DNA of 62,669 bases, counting the filler, from Bonamia ostreae (Eukaryota): assembly GCA_040357525.1 (NCBI GenBank). It is 41 parts of 41 records of this genome, joined end to end, with 100 filler letters (N's around TTAATTAATTAA, not from the genome) between each part and the next. Parts side by side here need not be neighbours in the genome. Positions count along the whole stretch, not along the records: positions 36,836 to 38,264 come from JBDODL010001831.1; positions 38,365 to 39,793 come from JBDODL010001832.1; positions 39,894 to 41,322 come from JBDODL010001833.1; positions 41,423 to 42,850 come from JBDODL010001834.1; positions 42,951 to 44,377 come from JBDODL010001835.1; positions 44,478 to 45,904 come from JBDODL010001836.1; positions 46,005 to 47,430 come from JBDODL010001837.1; positions 47,531 to 48,956 come from JBDODL010001838.1; 33 more parts are not named here. One strand, written 5' to 3'. Position numbers and translations under genes: made by a program. The notes beneath the pieces were generated by a model. The model was not told where the DNA came from. It did no database searches and was given only the letters and a program-made list of their open reading frames with translations. Below, one piece after another: positions 36,972-50,582 of this stretch (the first letter of the stretch is position 1; each line of letters starts with the position of its first letter).

Positions 36972-38165
36972 AACGAAAGAAAAACGGTCGAAGATATTTT
37001 CAAATTGCTGGAAGATCGATTCAAGTCAACTCCGCCTAACCGTAAAAACTATCTCCGCAGCTTAGAAACCTTTTCGACGTACATGGTCATGTGGCACGGC
37101 AATGGCTTACACGACATGATCGCCTTTCTCGCCGGATCTGCCTTGGAGACGAATCAAATGGCCCTCGCGCTCACTATTTCCACCAAAGGAACGCCGTTTG
37201 TCGACGGAATCCCTTCTTTAAAGGAACACACTTCTGATTACAAAACGCTCTGTGAAGAGGTTGAGGACAAAAGAAGAGTTTCCGATTCCAAAGACGACCG
37301 AAAAGAGAGCGAAAGCGATGGAAAAGGGCCGAACAAAAAGGAAATGAAAATGAGCGAAATGGTGAAAAATTTGGATCCCGGATTGTATGAACGATTCATC
37401 GGCAAAAAGGAAGCTAAAAAATATAAAACGGTTTTGTCTAAAATTCTATTTTTAGCCAAATAATTTTTTAAGCTTTAATGTTTTTTTTTGAAAAGTCGCT
37501 GTAAATAATAATGTTTCAAAAAGAAGTTTAAGTTAATTTGGAAAAGTCGCGTCATTATTTGAGCATTAATATTTTAAATTTGTAATGTTTGAATTTCCAA
37601 ACATTTTTAAAATCGCCAGAAAATCGATCGCATATACAAAACCCATTAAAAATTTTATTAAAGCCCGAATCGCTGCAAAACCCGGACGACATGAATTTTT
37701 TCTCGTATCTGTTGACGAACTACAACAAAGAGGATGAAGAACAGGAAATCAAACCTTTCAAAATAACGACGAAAGCGGGATCTTTGAGGTGCACGCACAG
37801 ATTGGAATTAAACGTGGAAGAAAAATTGGCGGTCATTTACGAAAAAAATGGCGTGAAAGAAGTTCTTTTCTTAAATTTTGAAGAGAGAAATAAAGATAGC
37901 GGATTACAAAACGATCAAAATTGTCAAACCGAAATACAAAAAAAACATTCATTCGATTCAAATGAGGAACCAGCTCGGAGATTCTGTTGTTTTCAGTATT
38001 TTTGGGGGAAACGAAGAAACGTTTTTAAATTTAAGAATTTGGAAATTTGAGAATTTAAATTTGAATTAAAGGAATCGGTTCAAGGAAAGTCTGCTTCGAA
38101 TGCTAAAAAACAAGATTTCCGCTGTGAACAGCAATTCGGCTTGCGTCAGTTATTCTGTTAGAAGT
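36972..38165 (+). CDS. Hypothetical multi-exon protist protein (partial)
   Basis: GC-richer exon-like blocks separated by AT-rich GT...AG segments; no family recognised. Confidence 0.55.
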
Positions 38166-38527
38166 AGTGCCCAAAGCAAAAAATTAGATAATTTAAAAAT
38201 TGTTTTGATATTAAATTTGAGATTTTAATAAAATGTCATAAATCAAGATAAAAAATTATCTAAANNNNNNNNNNNNNNNNNNNNNNNNNNNNNNNNNNNN
38301 NNNNNNNNTTAATTAATTAANNNNNNNNNNNNNNNNNNNNNNNNNNNNNNNNNNNNNNNNNNNNTTATTACTAAAAAATAACAAACGATAATATAGTTTC
38401 AGACCAAATTTAATTTTGTTTAAAAAGTTACTATAAAGGTTTACAACGCCATTTATAATTTGCTAATTTTTGAAAAATATTATATCAACACTCTTTAATA
38501 AAAATTCATTTGAAGCTTAAAAAATTA

Positions 38528-39295
38528 ATGAGCAAACAAGCACATCCGCATTGGGAAGTCCCAAAACCGAATTTAAATAAAAATCTCTTCGTTTACAATT
38601 CGCTCACTTCTCAAAAAAATCCTTTTTACTCTTTGAACGAGAACATCAGTTTTTAAACTAAATCGACAGTAAATTGGTACGCCTGTGGCCCAACTGTCTA
38701 TTCAAGTGCTCATCTCGGACATGCGCGAGCATATATGACATTTGACATAATCCGCAGAATTTTAGGAGAATATTTTCATTACGACATCAATTACGTAATG
38801 AACATTACGGACATAGACGACAAAATAATATTGAAAGCTCGTCGGAATTTTTTGTTGGAAGCTTATTTGGAAAAAAATGAAAAGTCAAATTTGGAGAGAA
38901 AGTTTAAAAGTGCAATTGAAGAAAGTGTTGGCAACGCACTCGGAAAGTTGGAAGAATTGGAAGAAAAACTAAAATTGGCAGATGAAAGACAAAAAAGCGA
39001 AATCGAACAAGTTATAAAAGGAGAAAAAGTAAAATTGAAGAGCGTTCGAAAAATGAAATCTTTTTCTATTAAAAAATTGATTGAAACTTCTCGTTTTATT
39101 TACGAAATTTTTGTGGAATTTTTGTTTTGTCGTTTTCAAAAAAATTTCAATAAAATTTTTTCGTTTTCAAACAAAAGAAAGCAGAGATGTTTTGTCTGAA
39201 AGTCTCGATAGAGAATCCGGCGAAAGAGAAATCGATTTTTCAATCTTCAAAAAACATTCCAAAAAGTTCGAAGAAGAATTTTTTGAAGATATGAA
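38528..39295 (+). CDS. CARS1: Cysteinyl-tRNA synthetase, N-terminal part
   Basis: [21 protein letters not shown] (HIGH motif), [20 protein letters not shown]; introns 38649-38669 and 39093-39177. Confidence 0.96.
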
Positions 39296-39309
39296 AGTTT
39301 TAAGAACAA

Positions 39310-39793
39310 TCTCAAAAAATAAAAAATAATTTCAAAAATTAAATAATTTCAAAATAAAAAATCATTTCAAAAATTAAAACAATTTCAAAATAAAAAACAA
39401 CTTCAAAATAAAAAAAACAATTTCAAAATAAAAAATAATTTCAAAAATTAAAAAACAATTTCAAAATAATTTCAAAATAAAAAATCATTTCAAAATAAAA
39501 ACAATTTCAAAACAATTTCAAAATAAAAAACAATTTCAAAACAATTTCAAAATAAAAAAGAATTTCAAAAATTAAAAAACAATTTCAAAATAAAAAAACA
39601 ATTTCAAAATAAAAACAATTTCAAAACAATTTCAAAAATTAAAAAACAATTTCAAAACAATTTCAATATAAAAAATAATTTCAAAAATTAAAAAACAATT
39701 TCAAAACAATTTCAAAACAATTTCAAAACAATTTCAAAATAAAAAAACAATTTCAAAATAAAAAAAATTTCAAAATAATTTCAAATTAAAAAA
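39310..39793. repeat. Intronic low-complexity satellite (aatttcaaaa[c/t] units)
   Basis: Dozens of aatttcaaaa variants following the GT donor at 39296. Confidence 0.9.
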
Positions 39794-41422
39794 NNNNNNN
39801 NNNNNNNNNNNNNNNNNNNNNNNNNNNNNNNNNNNNNTTAATTAATTAANNNNNNNNNNNNNNNNNNNNNNNNNNNNNNNNNNNNNNNNNNNNAAAAATC
39901 AAGCCAGGAGAGAACATCCTTAATTCTATGTATATGCATCATCAGATTCTTGATTTTTTATAAACGGCATATAACTTTGACAAGTTTAACTGTCAATATT
40001 AGGGGGATATTTTACTCTGATATCTCCCTTGATCAAAGAAAATCTGATTGGCACTGGCGGAAAATGTCGCAGTCTGTATAAAGGAATGACAAGACGTTTT
40101 TATTACAGAGATACAAATAGAGAGCACTATCTTCGGTCCCGGGTATACAGCTGTTCGCATTTGATGCGCTTTCTAGGCGAGCATACATGTAACATGTGGA
40201 TGTAATTTAGATAAATTCCATATACGTACCTTTATGCAATGTATCTTTTAAACAAGTCTTCGACAGGTTACGTATTTTAATTACTTTTTCTTATATCAAA
40301 TAATTTTACGGTACTACATGTTATAAATTACGACCCCCACCATCGATTAGTGTTTAGAACAGTTTCTGTCACTCGCGATTACAACAGCTACATGCACCGG
40401 TAATAGAATCTCCTGAATTAAATCAGTTAATCTAAAGTTTCACGTTGACTAAGTTCTGACGTTAAATATTTTAGCAATCATCTTTTTTAAAAACATAATA
40501 ATCGAGATATGATAAGCATATACATGTACATACATGTAATGTACAATGTACGATTGTGGCTTTTTTAGTTTGGAAGCCGTATAGAAGTAACTTCACAGAA
40601 AAATTTGCAAACCTCGTTGTTTCCGAGTTCCTCTTCCTTGGGATGAAAACGGGGTAGAGGGAAGAGCTCTTCACAAATCCCGGGACATTTCGCAATTACT
40701 AGTGAATATTCCAACATTGGTGTTTTCTCAATATGCTTTAAACACGTGTCGCAAATCTTATGTCCACAACGAATGACTGCAATTCTTGCCTAGAACCCAG
40801 GAAAAAGGTATTCGACTTAATACGTGTTGTGGAAATCAGTATGTTACTAGTATATCACAAAATGGCATACAGTAAATATCTTACCTTTGATGAACACGTT
40901 GAGCAAATCCACTCATCAATCGAATAATATCCCTCACATGTTTCTAACTGCATGATGAAAGGACTGGCCTGCAAAGGAATCGTGAAATAAACGACAATAA
41001 GCATAATTCATACTGTGAAATTTGATTATAACTGCTTTAAATATTAATTTTCCTAATGGAAGGAAGCGAGAAAGTATTAAAAACAAAAGACGCCATGTAT
41101 TTGATTTTATAGGCGAGTAACATGTAGTACGAACTACACTGAGTTTTATCAATGTTAAAGAAATGGCTATTTTATTGGACATGGCTTCCGAAATAGTGGA
41201 CCTCCGAACTAATTTAATCAGAAATAATATATTTGACTGAACGCAAATTTATACTATCTTTACTGGTAACAGCGATGCTTAAACATGATCGTTCATTATC
41301 CATATAAAACAAGTTCGAGCAGNNNNNNNNNNNNNNNNNNNNNNNNNNNNNNNNNNNNNNNNNNNNTTAATTAATTAANNNNNNNNNNNNNNNNNNNNNN
41401 NNNNNNNNNNNNNNNNNNNNNN

Positions 41423-42709
41423 CAAATCTCCTGCCCAATATCTAACTCTTTTCCCGTCTTCGAATTCGAACGCTTTTATTAAATCGCTTATAAGACGCGG
41501 GTCATCTCGAAGTCGGTGCCAAGTGGGAATTGGCAAAGTCGCCATCCCGCTTTCTCTGGCTGTTCTCCTCGCATCCTTCACCATGTTCTTGGCTCTCTCC
41601 TCGTTCCGTTCTACTCCCTTGTAACGTCCTTCATCGTCCACGAGGATCTCTGCTGCTCTCAAGTAGGCATCCGGCATCCCGAAGACACCCGCTGTGACTA
41701 AGTAGAAAATTGCCTTCTTCGCATTTCGCTCGAGTTCAAGTGGTCCGCTGTCGGCGAGCAGAAAACCCAGATCTCTCTGCGCCCCTTTGTGCCCTCTGTT
41801 CGCCGCTTTGAACATCCACTTCAAAGCATTCTCCGTCTTTCCGTCGATTCGTTTTTTCGTTTTGCTATTCTTTCCGTTTTGTCTCCGGTCTTCTTTTACT
41901 GTTCCATCTTTTTTTGATGTTCCATCTTTTTCTATGTTTCGATCTTCTTTTTCTATGTTTCGATCTTCTTTTACTGTTCCAACTTTTTCAACGTTTGCCA
42001 ATTTGCCATCTAAACTTAAAGCCTTAGCCATCTCTAACTGGATGGACAAACGACCAAAACTAGACATCCCCTCCACGTCGCCCCCTTCCGCCGCTCGCAA
42101 AAACCAATTTAAAGCTTCATTCGGATTTCTTCTCTTCGCTTCTAGACTTCCAGCCAAACGCTGCGAACGAGGCAAATTGCCCTTTTCGACATCGCCCGCT
42201 TTCTCCGCCAAACGCATCGCGACATGCAGATCCTTCTTCTCGTAGATGAACCCCAAATCGCACATCGCCCTAAAATTGCCTTTCTCCGCCGCCTTTTTGA
42301 GCCATCTTAGAGCTTCTGCTGAGCTCTGGTCTACTCCGATTCCTTCGTGAAGCATGTGGCCGACGGTCGCCATCGAGTCGACATGTCCCTTCGAAGCGCT
42401 GCGGACGAAGTGGCGGAATGCTTCTCGGACGTTTTTCTTGACGACCTTTCCCGCGAGAAGCAGTTTGGCCATGTGCGCCTCTGCTTCGGGGTGTCCTTGC
42501 GACGCCGCTTTGGCCATGTACAGACGAGATTTCTGGGTGTCCTTTTCGAAGCCATTCGAGCCGTCCAAGAAGTTGACGGCGAGTTCGTATTGTTCATTCG
42601 CGTTCCCTCTTTCGGCGAGATCAACGAGAAAGTCGCTTTTGGAGGAGAAAAGGGCCTTTAGCGGAGAAAGTCGTTTGCTGTGGAGTAGTGCTGATTTTTT
42701 GAGCAGCAT
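41423..42709 (-). CDS. Sel1-like repeat protein with putative mitochondrial presequence (3' partial)
   Basis: Repeated A..G...A...LG Sel1 motifs (e.g. EALRWLKKAAEKGNFRAMCDLG); N-terminus MLLKKSALLHSKRLSPLKALFSS is basic and lacks acidic residues. Confidence 0.9.
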
Positions 42710-44519
42710 TTTGAGATTTCAAATTTACTGAGTTGTCAATAAAGATTTTTTAGTCAGTAAAGAATCGAAATCAAATATGTCGTTTTAGCATTTTGACCAT
42801 TTACACAAAAATCATCAAAATTTTCATTTAGGATTTGATAGCAATAACGGNNNNNNNNNNNNNNNNNNNNNNNNNNNNNNNNNNNNNNNNNNNNTTAATT
42901 AATTAANNNNNNNNNNNNNNNNNNNNNNNNNNNNNNNNNNNNNNNNNNNNATTTAGAAGGATTATGTTTTATGAATAATAGTTTGTATTGATATCTTGTT
43001 TTGATGTAGGCCTGCTGTTTGACTTTCTTCTGCATTTACGTAATATATTGTCTCAGATCAATAGTTTTTTTTTTTATGATATTTGATTCTTTGGAGGTAT
43101 ATTGACGAAAGCAATGTCATTCTATATCATGCGTCGCTTTCATAAAAAAAATATATCTTGATAGGATGGACATATTGCAGATTCATTTTGTCGCTATCAG
43201 GGACGTAGAATTCTGATAATGAGGATGACGACACTATGCTAAACATGGTGGTATGCTTAAAACAATAACAAATGTTGCAATAGGCAACTAAGGACGATAC
43301 GATTATAAAATATATACACTTTTGTAACAAGACATGTTTACTGTTTCCACCATAAATTGATCTTGTGTGTTTTCTCTTCTGTTTTCAAACAAGATAATTA
43401 GATTTTAAAGATTGAACATTTTAGATAAGATCGGTTTTTCCGGGATATATTAGCGGTTTTATTGATTTTGATGAGCTGCCCTAAATATTCCTTAAGAGAT
43501 ATGACATGATATGGGTAATTATATGTGTCTTGGTTTACTGACTTGCAAATCTGCTGAATGTGTGTTTTGTACCTGTGCAGAACTTGAATACAGATGAATA
43601 AAATTATCATCGTTAATAAATAAACCATCGTAGATATATTTAAATGTCACATTAAAAGCCACAGCAAGATATGTTTTCCTCTCACTTAGAAGTTTTTTAA
43701 TAAATCATGCAAAAGATCTTAATTCACTGTGTATAAATTTGAATTTATATCATCAATTAAGAGGGAATTGTAAATCTGAGAGTAATGTGAGAACATTTGC
43801 CTTTTAAAAAGAAAAAAAAAATGATGGAATAGAAGAGACGGACGGAAATGTTAACGCAATTAAAAGTGATACATTACGGCTCATTTATATATATCCAATT
43901 AAAAGTATTACTGCATCCATGAATTCAGAAAAATGCATGAGAAAGACTCATCGTGTATAGATATATGTTGATTATGTTGTTGTTTATCAAACACTTCCTA
44001 TACGCTAAACATGATGTAACATTAATGTTGAATTTAGAACAATCAGTCTCGTTCGTAAGAAATATAATGCAAAGTTAAAGTTACTCATATCAAGACTTTT
44101 CTCAACATGTAACTGAAATCAATTTTTACATTGACACAAACTAACCAACATAACAATTATGAAATCATTCTGAATGAAAAAAATCCACCCAATATTTTCC
44201 GGTTAGAAATAAATTACATGTGTCCAATAAACTTCTATAACCCGACGGTCTCTCCTAAAATCCCCTATAACCCAAACTTCTGTCCTTTTTGAAGGCACTT
44301 CTCATTGTCATGATACTTTTTTCGGAATGTATAAAATGTAGAAGAGAAATATTGAATCATACGACACACTAACACAANNNNNNNNNNNNNNNNNNNNNNN
44401 NNNNNNNNNNNNNNNNNNNNNTTAATTAATTAANNNNNNNNNNNNNNNNNNNNNNNNNNNNNNNNNNNNNNNNNNNNCATTCTTAAAATATGTCGGTATA
44501 TGTATATTTATGCTGATCA

Positions 44520-45295
44520 GTTTTGTCCGACGTGCGCCTGTCCGTCCATATCTTAACTTTTAACATCAAAATTTTTATGGATACAGAAATTTAATTAATT
44601 TTGTCATGTGTGTCTGTCTGAAATTATAACCATTTCCATAACTTTTGGATGTTGCGGGATATGGCTATCATTTCACACATGTGCATTTGTTGACAAGACC
44701 TTTGTTTTAGTACCAAGTTTGAGTTTGACCTACGTTTGGTTAAGAGAATGTCTCTTGAACTATCCAAGGTTAGTCTTTCATCTTCTGTATAAATAAATGG
44801 CAAGACCTTACATTTCATACAAGAATGTTTGACTTTGTGACCTTGACCTTGGAGTTAGATCTAAAGTTCAAAATTTTAACCAAATATTTAACCTTGCTCA
44901 TACCTTTTGAATTGAAATTGATATATCTTTCATAGTCCATGTATGCATTCCTTCTAACAATTTTTTTTTTGGTACCAACGGGATTGAACTTATAACTTTC
45001 ACTTTGTATTTTGACCTACTTTGAAGAAAAGTTGATATTTCCTGAACTGTTTGAGGTGGCAATTTCAAATGTTGTATATAGATTTTATAGCAAGACCTTA
45101 TATTTCGTACAATGATCGTTAAACTTTTGACCTTGTATCACGGTTATGCTTTGACCTTAGGAGCTAGGTAGGGGCCACACTATGTGGTTAAAATTTTACT
45201 GGGAATAAATTTTTTAAAAAGTCTTAAAAATAGTACATATGAGCAAAAGGGCCAAGGTGATTCAGGTGAACGATTTGGCTCAGGAGCTTCTTCTC
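44520..45295 (+). mobile_element. Degenerate bivalve-type Helentron/HINE-like element
   Basis: gtccgtcc microsatellite-like head, internal ccttgacctt repeats, and end motif caggtgaacgatttggctc..., similar to oyster Helitron-N repeats (from memory). Confidence 0.5.
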
Positions 45296-46004
45296 TCTCT
45301 TTGACATATTTTTAGATTAAAACTGATGGTAGAGTTACACCTTGCCCGCGTAGTCACAAAATGACTTTATCAATACGAAAGTACTTACTTTACAAGTGCG
45401 GTTTAGAATCTTAGCCTTTGTTTATAATTGTTTCCTTTTCCTTTTCTAGTTATTCATCATATGCAGAAAATTTCATATCATATTAGCACAGAAAAAAATT
45501 GCAAGTAAAACAGGAAAAAAACGCAAAAAATAAAACATTAAAAAGCAATAAAAATAAATCACCAGCACACGTTTCAGATGTAATGTAGTTTTTGTTACCT
45601 AATTTTTGCATAAAACTGAAGTGAAACCGTATAGTTTGATTGTTCTCCATTGAATGAAATACATTCACATGTAATGAGAATTATTGGGGGGGATTCTGAA
45701 TGGTTTTGTTTGGGATGTTATTCGGTATATCTAAATTTACACTGTGTGTTCTTGGTGTAAATTCTGCGAGCTCGTTGCAAATTATCTAGGTTTGCGCTAA
45801 TTTTGTAATCTCACTTTTTAAAGTAGTACATTCAAAACATGGAATCCCGCTTATGAAGGTCATGAGATAGGCTAAAATTTTACACAGGAGCATTCAGTAA
45901 ATTTNNNNNNNNNNNNNNNNNNNNNNNNNNNNNNNNNNNNNNNNNNNNTTAATTAATTAANNNNNNNNNNNNNNNNNNNNNNNNNNNNNNNNNNNNNNNN
46001 NNNN

Positions 46005-46235
46005 AAAATGGCGTCAAAATAATAATAATAATAAAAACGAACAAAAATTGTCGAAATTCGGGAAAATGGCGTCAAAATAATAATAATAATAAAAACGAAC
46101 AAAAATTGTCGAAATTCGGGAAAATGGCGTCAAAATAATAATAATAATAAAAACGAACAAAAATTGTCGAAATTCGGGAAAATGGCGTCAAAATAATAAT
46201 AATAATAAAAACGAACAAAAATTGTCGAAATTCAG
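46005..46235. repeat. Near-perfect tandem repeat, 58 bp x 4
   Basis: Units start at 46005, 46063, 46121 and 46179; located downstream of the USP stop. Confidence 0.95.
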
Positions 46236-46308
46236 AAAAATTACAAATATGCAACAAATTCAGTAAAAGACAAAAAATAACATAAAAAAATTGCCAATAG
46301 GCAAAGAT

Positions 46309-47430
46309 TTAATCTTTCAATACATAAAAAAGCGTTGAAGCATATTCAGTCACAAATCGATCATCCGAAATATCCAATTCTTTTTTTCTCATATCGCTTA
46401 ACCTGTACCAGCTTTCACCACATTTCACTATCGCAAAGTAGTGCCCAGATTCACCATTTTGGTCATAAGAATTGTACATCACGAAAGATTTTAATTCATA
46501 AATCTCTTTTTTGACCAACCAATCAGTATTCCCCATTTCATTCGCTATTCTAGCGAATGAAAATGGCCCCAAATCGATTGTGATTGGAAAATCTAATGTT
46601 TTCTCGTTTTTTGGGTCCAATGTGTTTGTTATTAAGATTATTTTGGGATATGCAAGAAAACCCTTTTTAACGATTTTATCTTCAATTTTGTACGCTAAAG
46701 CGTTTTCAATGCATTCTTCCAATTTGTTTGTCTAATTTGTTTTTTTTTGAATATTTTTAACCAAATTTCGAATTTTTAAATTTGAAAAACTTTTTTCAGA
46801 GGTTGAATTGTTATGTTTTGATATTCATTAGTTAAATCCCCATTTTTGCTTAACAATTCTCCATTGAATAATTTTTCGTGCACCGATCTTTTATTTATTC
46901 AAAAATTAAGTTTTCATTTAAAAAACGGATGATTCTCTAAGATCTTTTTAATAACTACTAATGCAAAATTGTTTGCGTCGTTTTGTTCGTTCGCTTTGTA
47001 TTCATTTTGTTCGTAGAGTTCATTTAGCAGAGTAGACGCCTTTCTGCCAAAAGAATTTAAAATTTAATTTTACGAATTAAAATGTTAATAAACGAGAATA
47101 TTTTTTCTCTGTCGTGATAACAACCATCCCAAAAAGTAGACAACAAATCACAGAAACTTTTTAAAAAGCTTTTTCCAAGATTTTTCTCAGATGATAACGT
47201 CCTGTAAAAAATTTCGATTGCGCCAAAGGATTGAATAATTGCGTTAAGAAAGCAGTTTTGAGTCAAATTGGGCAATCCGTGCGGATCATATTTCAATTCT
47301 TTCTTTTTGTCACTCTCAGAATCTGTAGTTATGAACATCGACTCACGGCCAAAATTTAACAAAATATTATTGTAAATTTTTTTCGATTCTGCCACTTTTT
47401 GCACAAAAGTTTTTGTTAATTTGTTATTCT
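46309..47430 (-). CDS. Ubiquitin-specific protease (peptidase C19), 5' partial
   Basis: Cys box GLPNLTQNCFLNAIIQ, QNDANNF, His box GHYFAIVK...WYRLSD, YASTLFY. Confidence 0.9.
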
Positions 47431-49203
47431 NNNNNNNNNNNNNNNNNNNNNNNNNNNNNNNNNNNNNNNNNNNNTTAATTAATTAANNNNNNNNNNNNNN
47501 NNNNNNNNNNNNNNNNNNNNNNNNNNNNNNTTTCCACTATAAATTTGTTCACTTTTATTTTAAATTGTTTTTTTTTTCAAATGCATTCGTGACAGTATGC
47601 CTCGTTGGCAATCCAATTCAATTTCGGAATCGGAATGAACACACACCTAAACGCTTCTACTAGGATGAGTTGACGAAAGTGTATGATACTTTCATCAATT
47701 CTATTAGATATCAACCATTTATTTAAAAATTCTTTTTCTCGTGCAAATTCAACATGCGTTTGGTTGTCATTTTTTGTACTGTCTGGGTTTTTTTTTTATC
47801 TATACGCTTTGAACACTAATTCTTCAGCTTTTAAAATCGTATCCTTGACCTTGTCTGAACTCCCAGCTATGGCCAGCAACGAGAATGCATGAGTCGATTT
47901 GTCAATCAATGCAATTTGTAATAAAGTAGACCAACATGTCGTAACTATTTCAAATGTAAATTTCTCAAATTAAGGAAAACAATTATCTACTGCTTTTCCT
48001 TGAAATTTTGTAACTAATTTGATATTTTAGAGGCATCAAATTAAGCTCTGTCAAAGACGATTTCCTACTCAAATAACCTGTCTTTATCTCTTTCAAATTT
48101 TTCAGTTTCTTTTTCTGCTTTTGCATTTTCGAATTTCATTTTCTCTGTCTAATTTCATTTGTAAATCGATTTGAAATTCAAATTCAAATTCCTTCAACAT
48201 GGCTGATATATTTACTTCTTTTGGGAAATCATGTTTCAAAGATTTTTTCTTTCGGCAACCTTAACTATGCTTTTTTTTTTTTTTTTCATTGAAGTATTAA
48301 TCTCTGTTGATCATCATTTATCACCCGCTGTGGTTTAAAGAGCCGTGTTCAATTTCGGCATTGACTTAACCTTTACCGGGCCCACTGCACTTTGCAATGT
48401 CGATGATTGTAATTAAGTCGTAAACACCTCAGAGGTCTTCTACAAAGAATTATATGAGGTTTCAATATTCATTATTCGTGAAACTGTTCAACGATGAATT
48501 CCCTACCATTGCGTCAAGTAATTTGCCTCGCCCTCTTTGAGGCATCCGTAAATGTATTTCAAAAGTGGCGTTGCTGCATCAAAGCCTGTTGATGTTGTGT
48601 TCTTACAAATGGTCGACCAGGTCTTGGGCGATCATTTATGGACCCCGTTTAACGATAACGTTGTATAAATCTGCTTATTGTGTAAGGGTAACGTTAAAAC
48701 GTCTAGTTACGTTCATCTGAATTACGCCTTATTGCACAAAGCGCTTAACATTATATTGTTTAACTTTCCAATTCTTACAACTGTATGTGCATTTGCCATC
48801 GACAACATAATTCTTTCAAGATTGTATTGTTTACCTGTTTATTGCTTTTGAATAGGTTCTGGGAAATTGGTGCAATGATATTCACACCGCGTAAAATTTT
48901 CCATAAGTAACACGGGTAGTGGATTTTAAATATTAGTGGTGTGTCCGTGGGTCCGTNNNNNNNNNNNNNNNNNNNNNNNNNNNNNNNNNNNNNNNNNNNN
49001 TTAATTAATTAANNNNNNNNNNNNNNNNNNNNNNNNNNNNNNNNNNNNNNNNNNNNCTCTGCACTTTCCATTTCATCATTTGTTTTAGCAATTGGCGAGG
49101 CTATTTTAACCATTTCTAAAAATTTACTTTTGTGTTAATTTCTTGTTCGTTTAATATTTAGTTTTAACAGCTAATTTATAAGACCAACTTAAAAAATCAG
49201 AAA

Positions 49204-49763
49204 ATGGGCAAATCAAAGAAAAAGGGAAAGAAAGGCAATAACTTTTACAAACAACAAAACAAAAAACCAACGACCGTCAAAACGGAAGCAGTCGCTTCGA
49301 ACGACGAAGCATTCGAAAGAGAAATCGAAACGGAAAAAATAAAAATTGTTGATTGCCTTCTATCGAGAGGAATAAAACACGTTCCAAGTAATTAATAAAA
49401 CGAAACAACAAAAGTCGAAGATTTCACATCAATCGGTCAAACATATCCTCCCACAAAACCGATTGAAGAGTTGTTCGAACCAAAGAACTTTCCGCAAGGA
49501 GAAATTATGGATCATCCGTTAGAAATAAATGCAAACAGAAGAACATCCCAAGAACATCTCGAAAGCGAACAGAAGTATCAACACAAAGTCGATAAGGCCA
49601 GAGAAGGAGCTGAGATTCACAGACAAGTGTGAAGCTACATTCAAAGGATTATAAAACCGGGAATGCGGATGATCGACATTTGTAGATTGCTAGAAAACAA
49701 GAACAGAGAATTGATAAATATCGATCCGAAAACCCTCTGAAGCGAAGCATTGGTTTTCCGACA
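49204..49763 (+). pseudogene. METAP2: Methionine aminopeptidase 2 pseudogene (in-frame TGA, frameshift, truncated)
   Basis: QTYPPTKPIEELF...FPQGE...AEIHRQV*SYIQRIIKPGM; TGA at 49630 replaces the conserved Arg; frameshift before IGFPT, where homology ends; intron 49388-49414. Confidence 0.85.
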
Positions 49764-49786
49764 TAATGTCAATGGAGAAACGCATT

Positions 49787-50482
49787 ATGTTTATTTTTAT
49801 TTGGAGTCCAGCCAAAGACGTTTTCCGTATGCTTATCCTCGATTTCATTAATTTCAAACTGCGTTTTCTCGGCTAATACTTGGAACTTGTTTATGTATTT
49901 TTTCCTTTTCATACAATTTTTGTCTCCAGATTTGTGTTTTCCATTGCAATTGATACACTTCTTAGAATCTTTGTTCGGGCATTCCTAGAAGAGTGGCTCT
50001 CAGCACAATTTCGGCATTTGCTTCTTGCAAAACAGACCTTTGTGACGTGTCCGTATTTCTGGCAGTTAAAGCAGATAGTACACGCCTTTCATATTTTGAT
50101 ATTCTGAATTTTGAGCGTTGAATTGGACATGGGCTTTGATTTGTTTTTTATTAAATCAGCTATGTAAGTATCGTCATTAATTTGTCTTTTTTGTTATGTT
50201 TATGTTTATTTTTATTTGGAGTCCAGCCAAAGACGTTCTTCGTATGCTTCTTCTCGATTTCATTAATTTCAAACTGCGTTTTCTCGGCCAATGCATGAAA
50301 CTTGTTTATGAATTTTTTCCTTTTCATACAATTTTTGTCTCCAGATTTGCGTTTTCATTTGCAATTGATACACTTCTTAGAATCTTTGTTCGGGCAATCC
50401 CTAGAAGAATGGCTCTCAGCACAATTTCGGCATTTGCTTTTCGCAAAACATACCTTTGCGACGTGTCCGTATTTCTGACAAT
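49787..50482 (-). mobile_element. Two tandem degenerate copies of a non-LTR retrotransposon ORF1 (Gag-like) zinc-knuckle region
   Basis: CFNCQKYGHVTKVC...KCRNCAESHSSR.C...KCINCNGKHKSGDKNC triple CCHC knuckle; copies at ~49787-50080 and ~50202-50482 carry stops or frameshifts. Confidence 0.8.
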
Positions 50483-50582
50483 NNNNNNNNNNNNNNNNNN
50501 NNNNNNNNNNNNNNNNNNNNNNNNNNTTAATTAATTAANNNNNNNNNNNNNNNNNNNNNNNNNNNNNNNNNNNNNNNNNNNN

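Noticed and set aside
49630-49632. UGA reassignment or selenocysteine in MetAP2; alternative genetic code in the protist
   Set aside because: The site is a conserved Arg (a single change from CGA or AGA), a frameshift follows, TGA ends PI4K and the VCA gene, and other apparent in-frame stops are explained by tiny introns.
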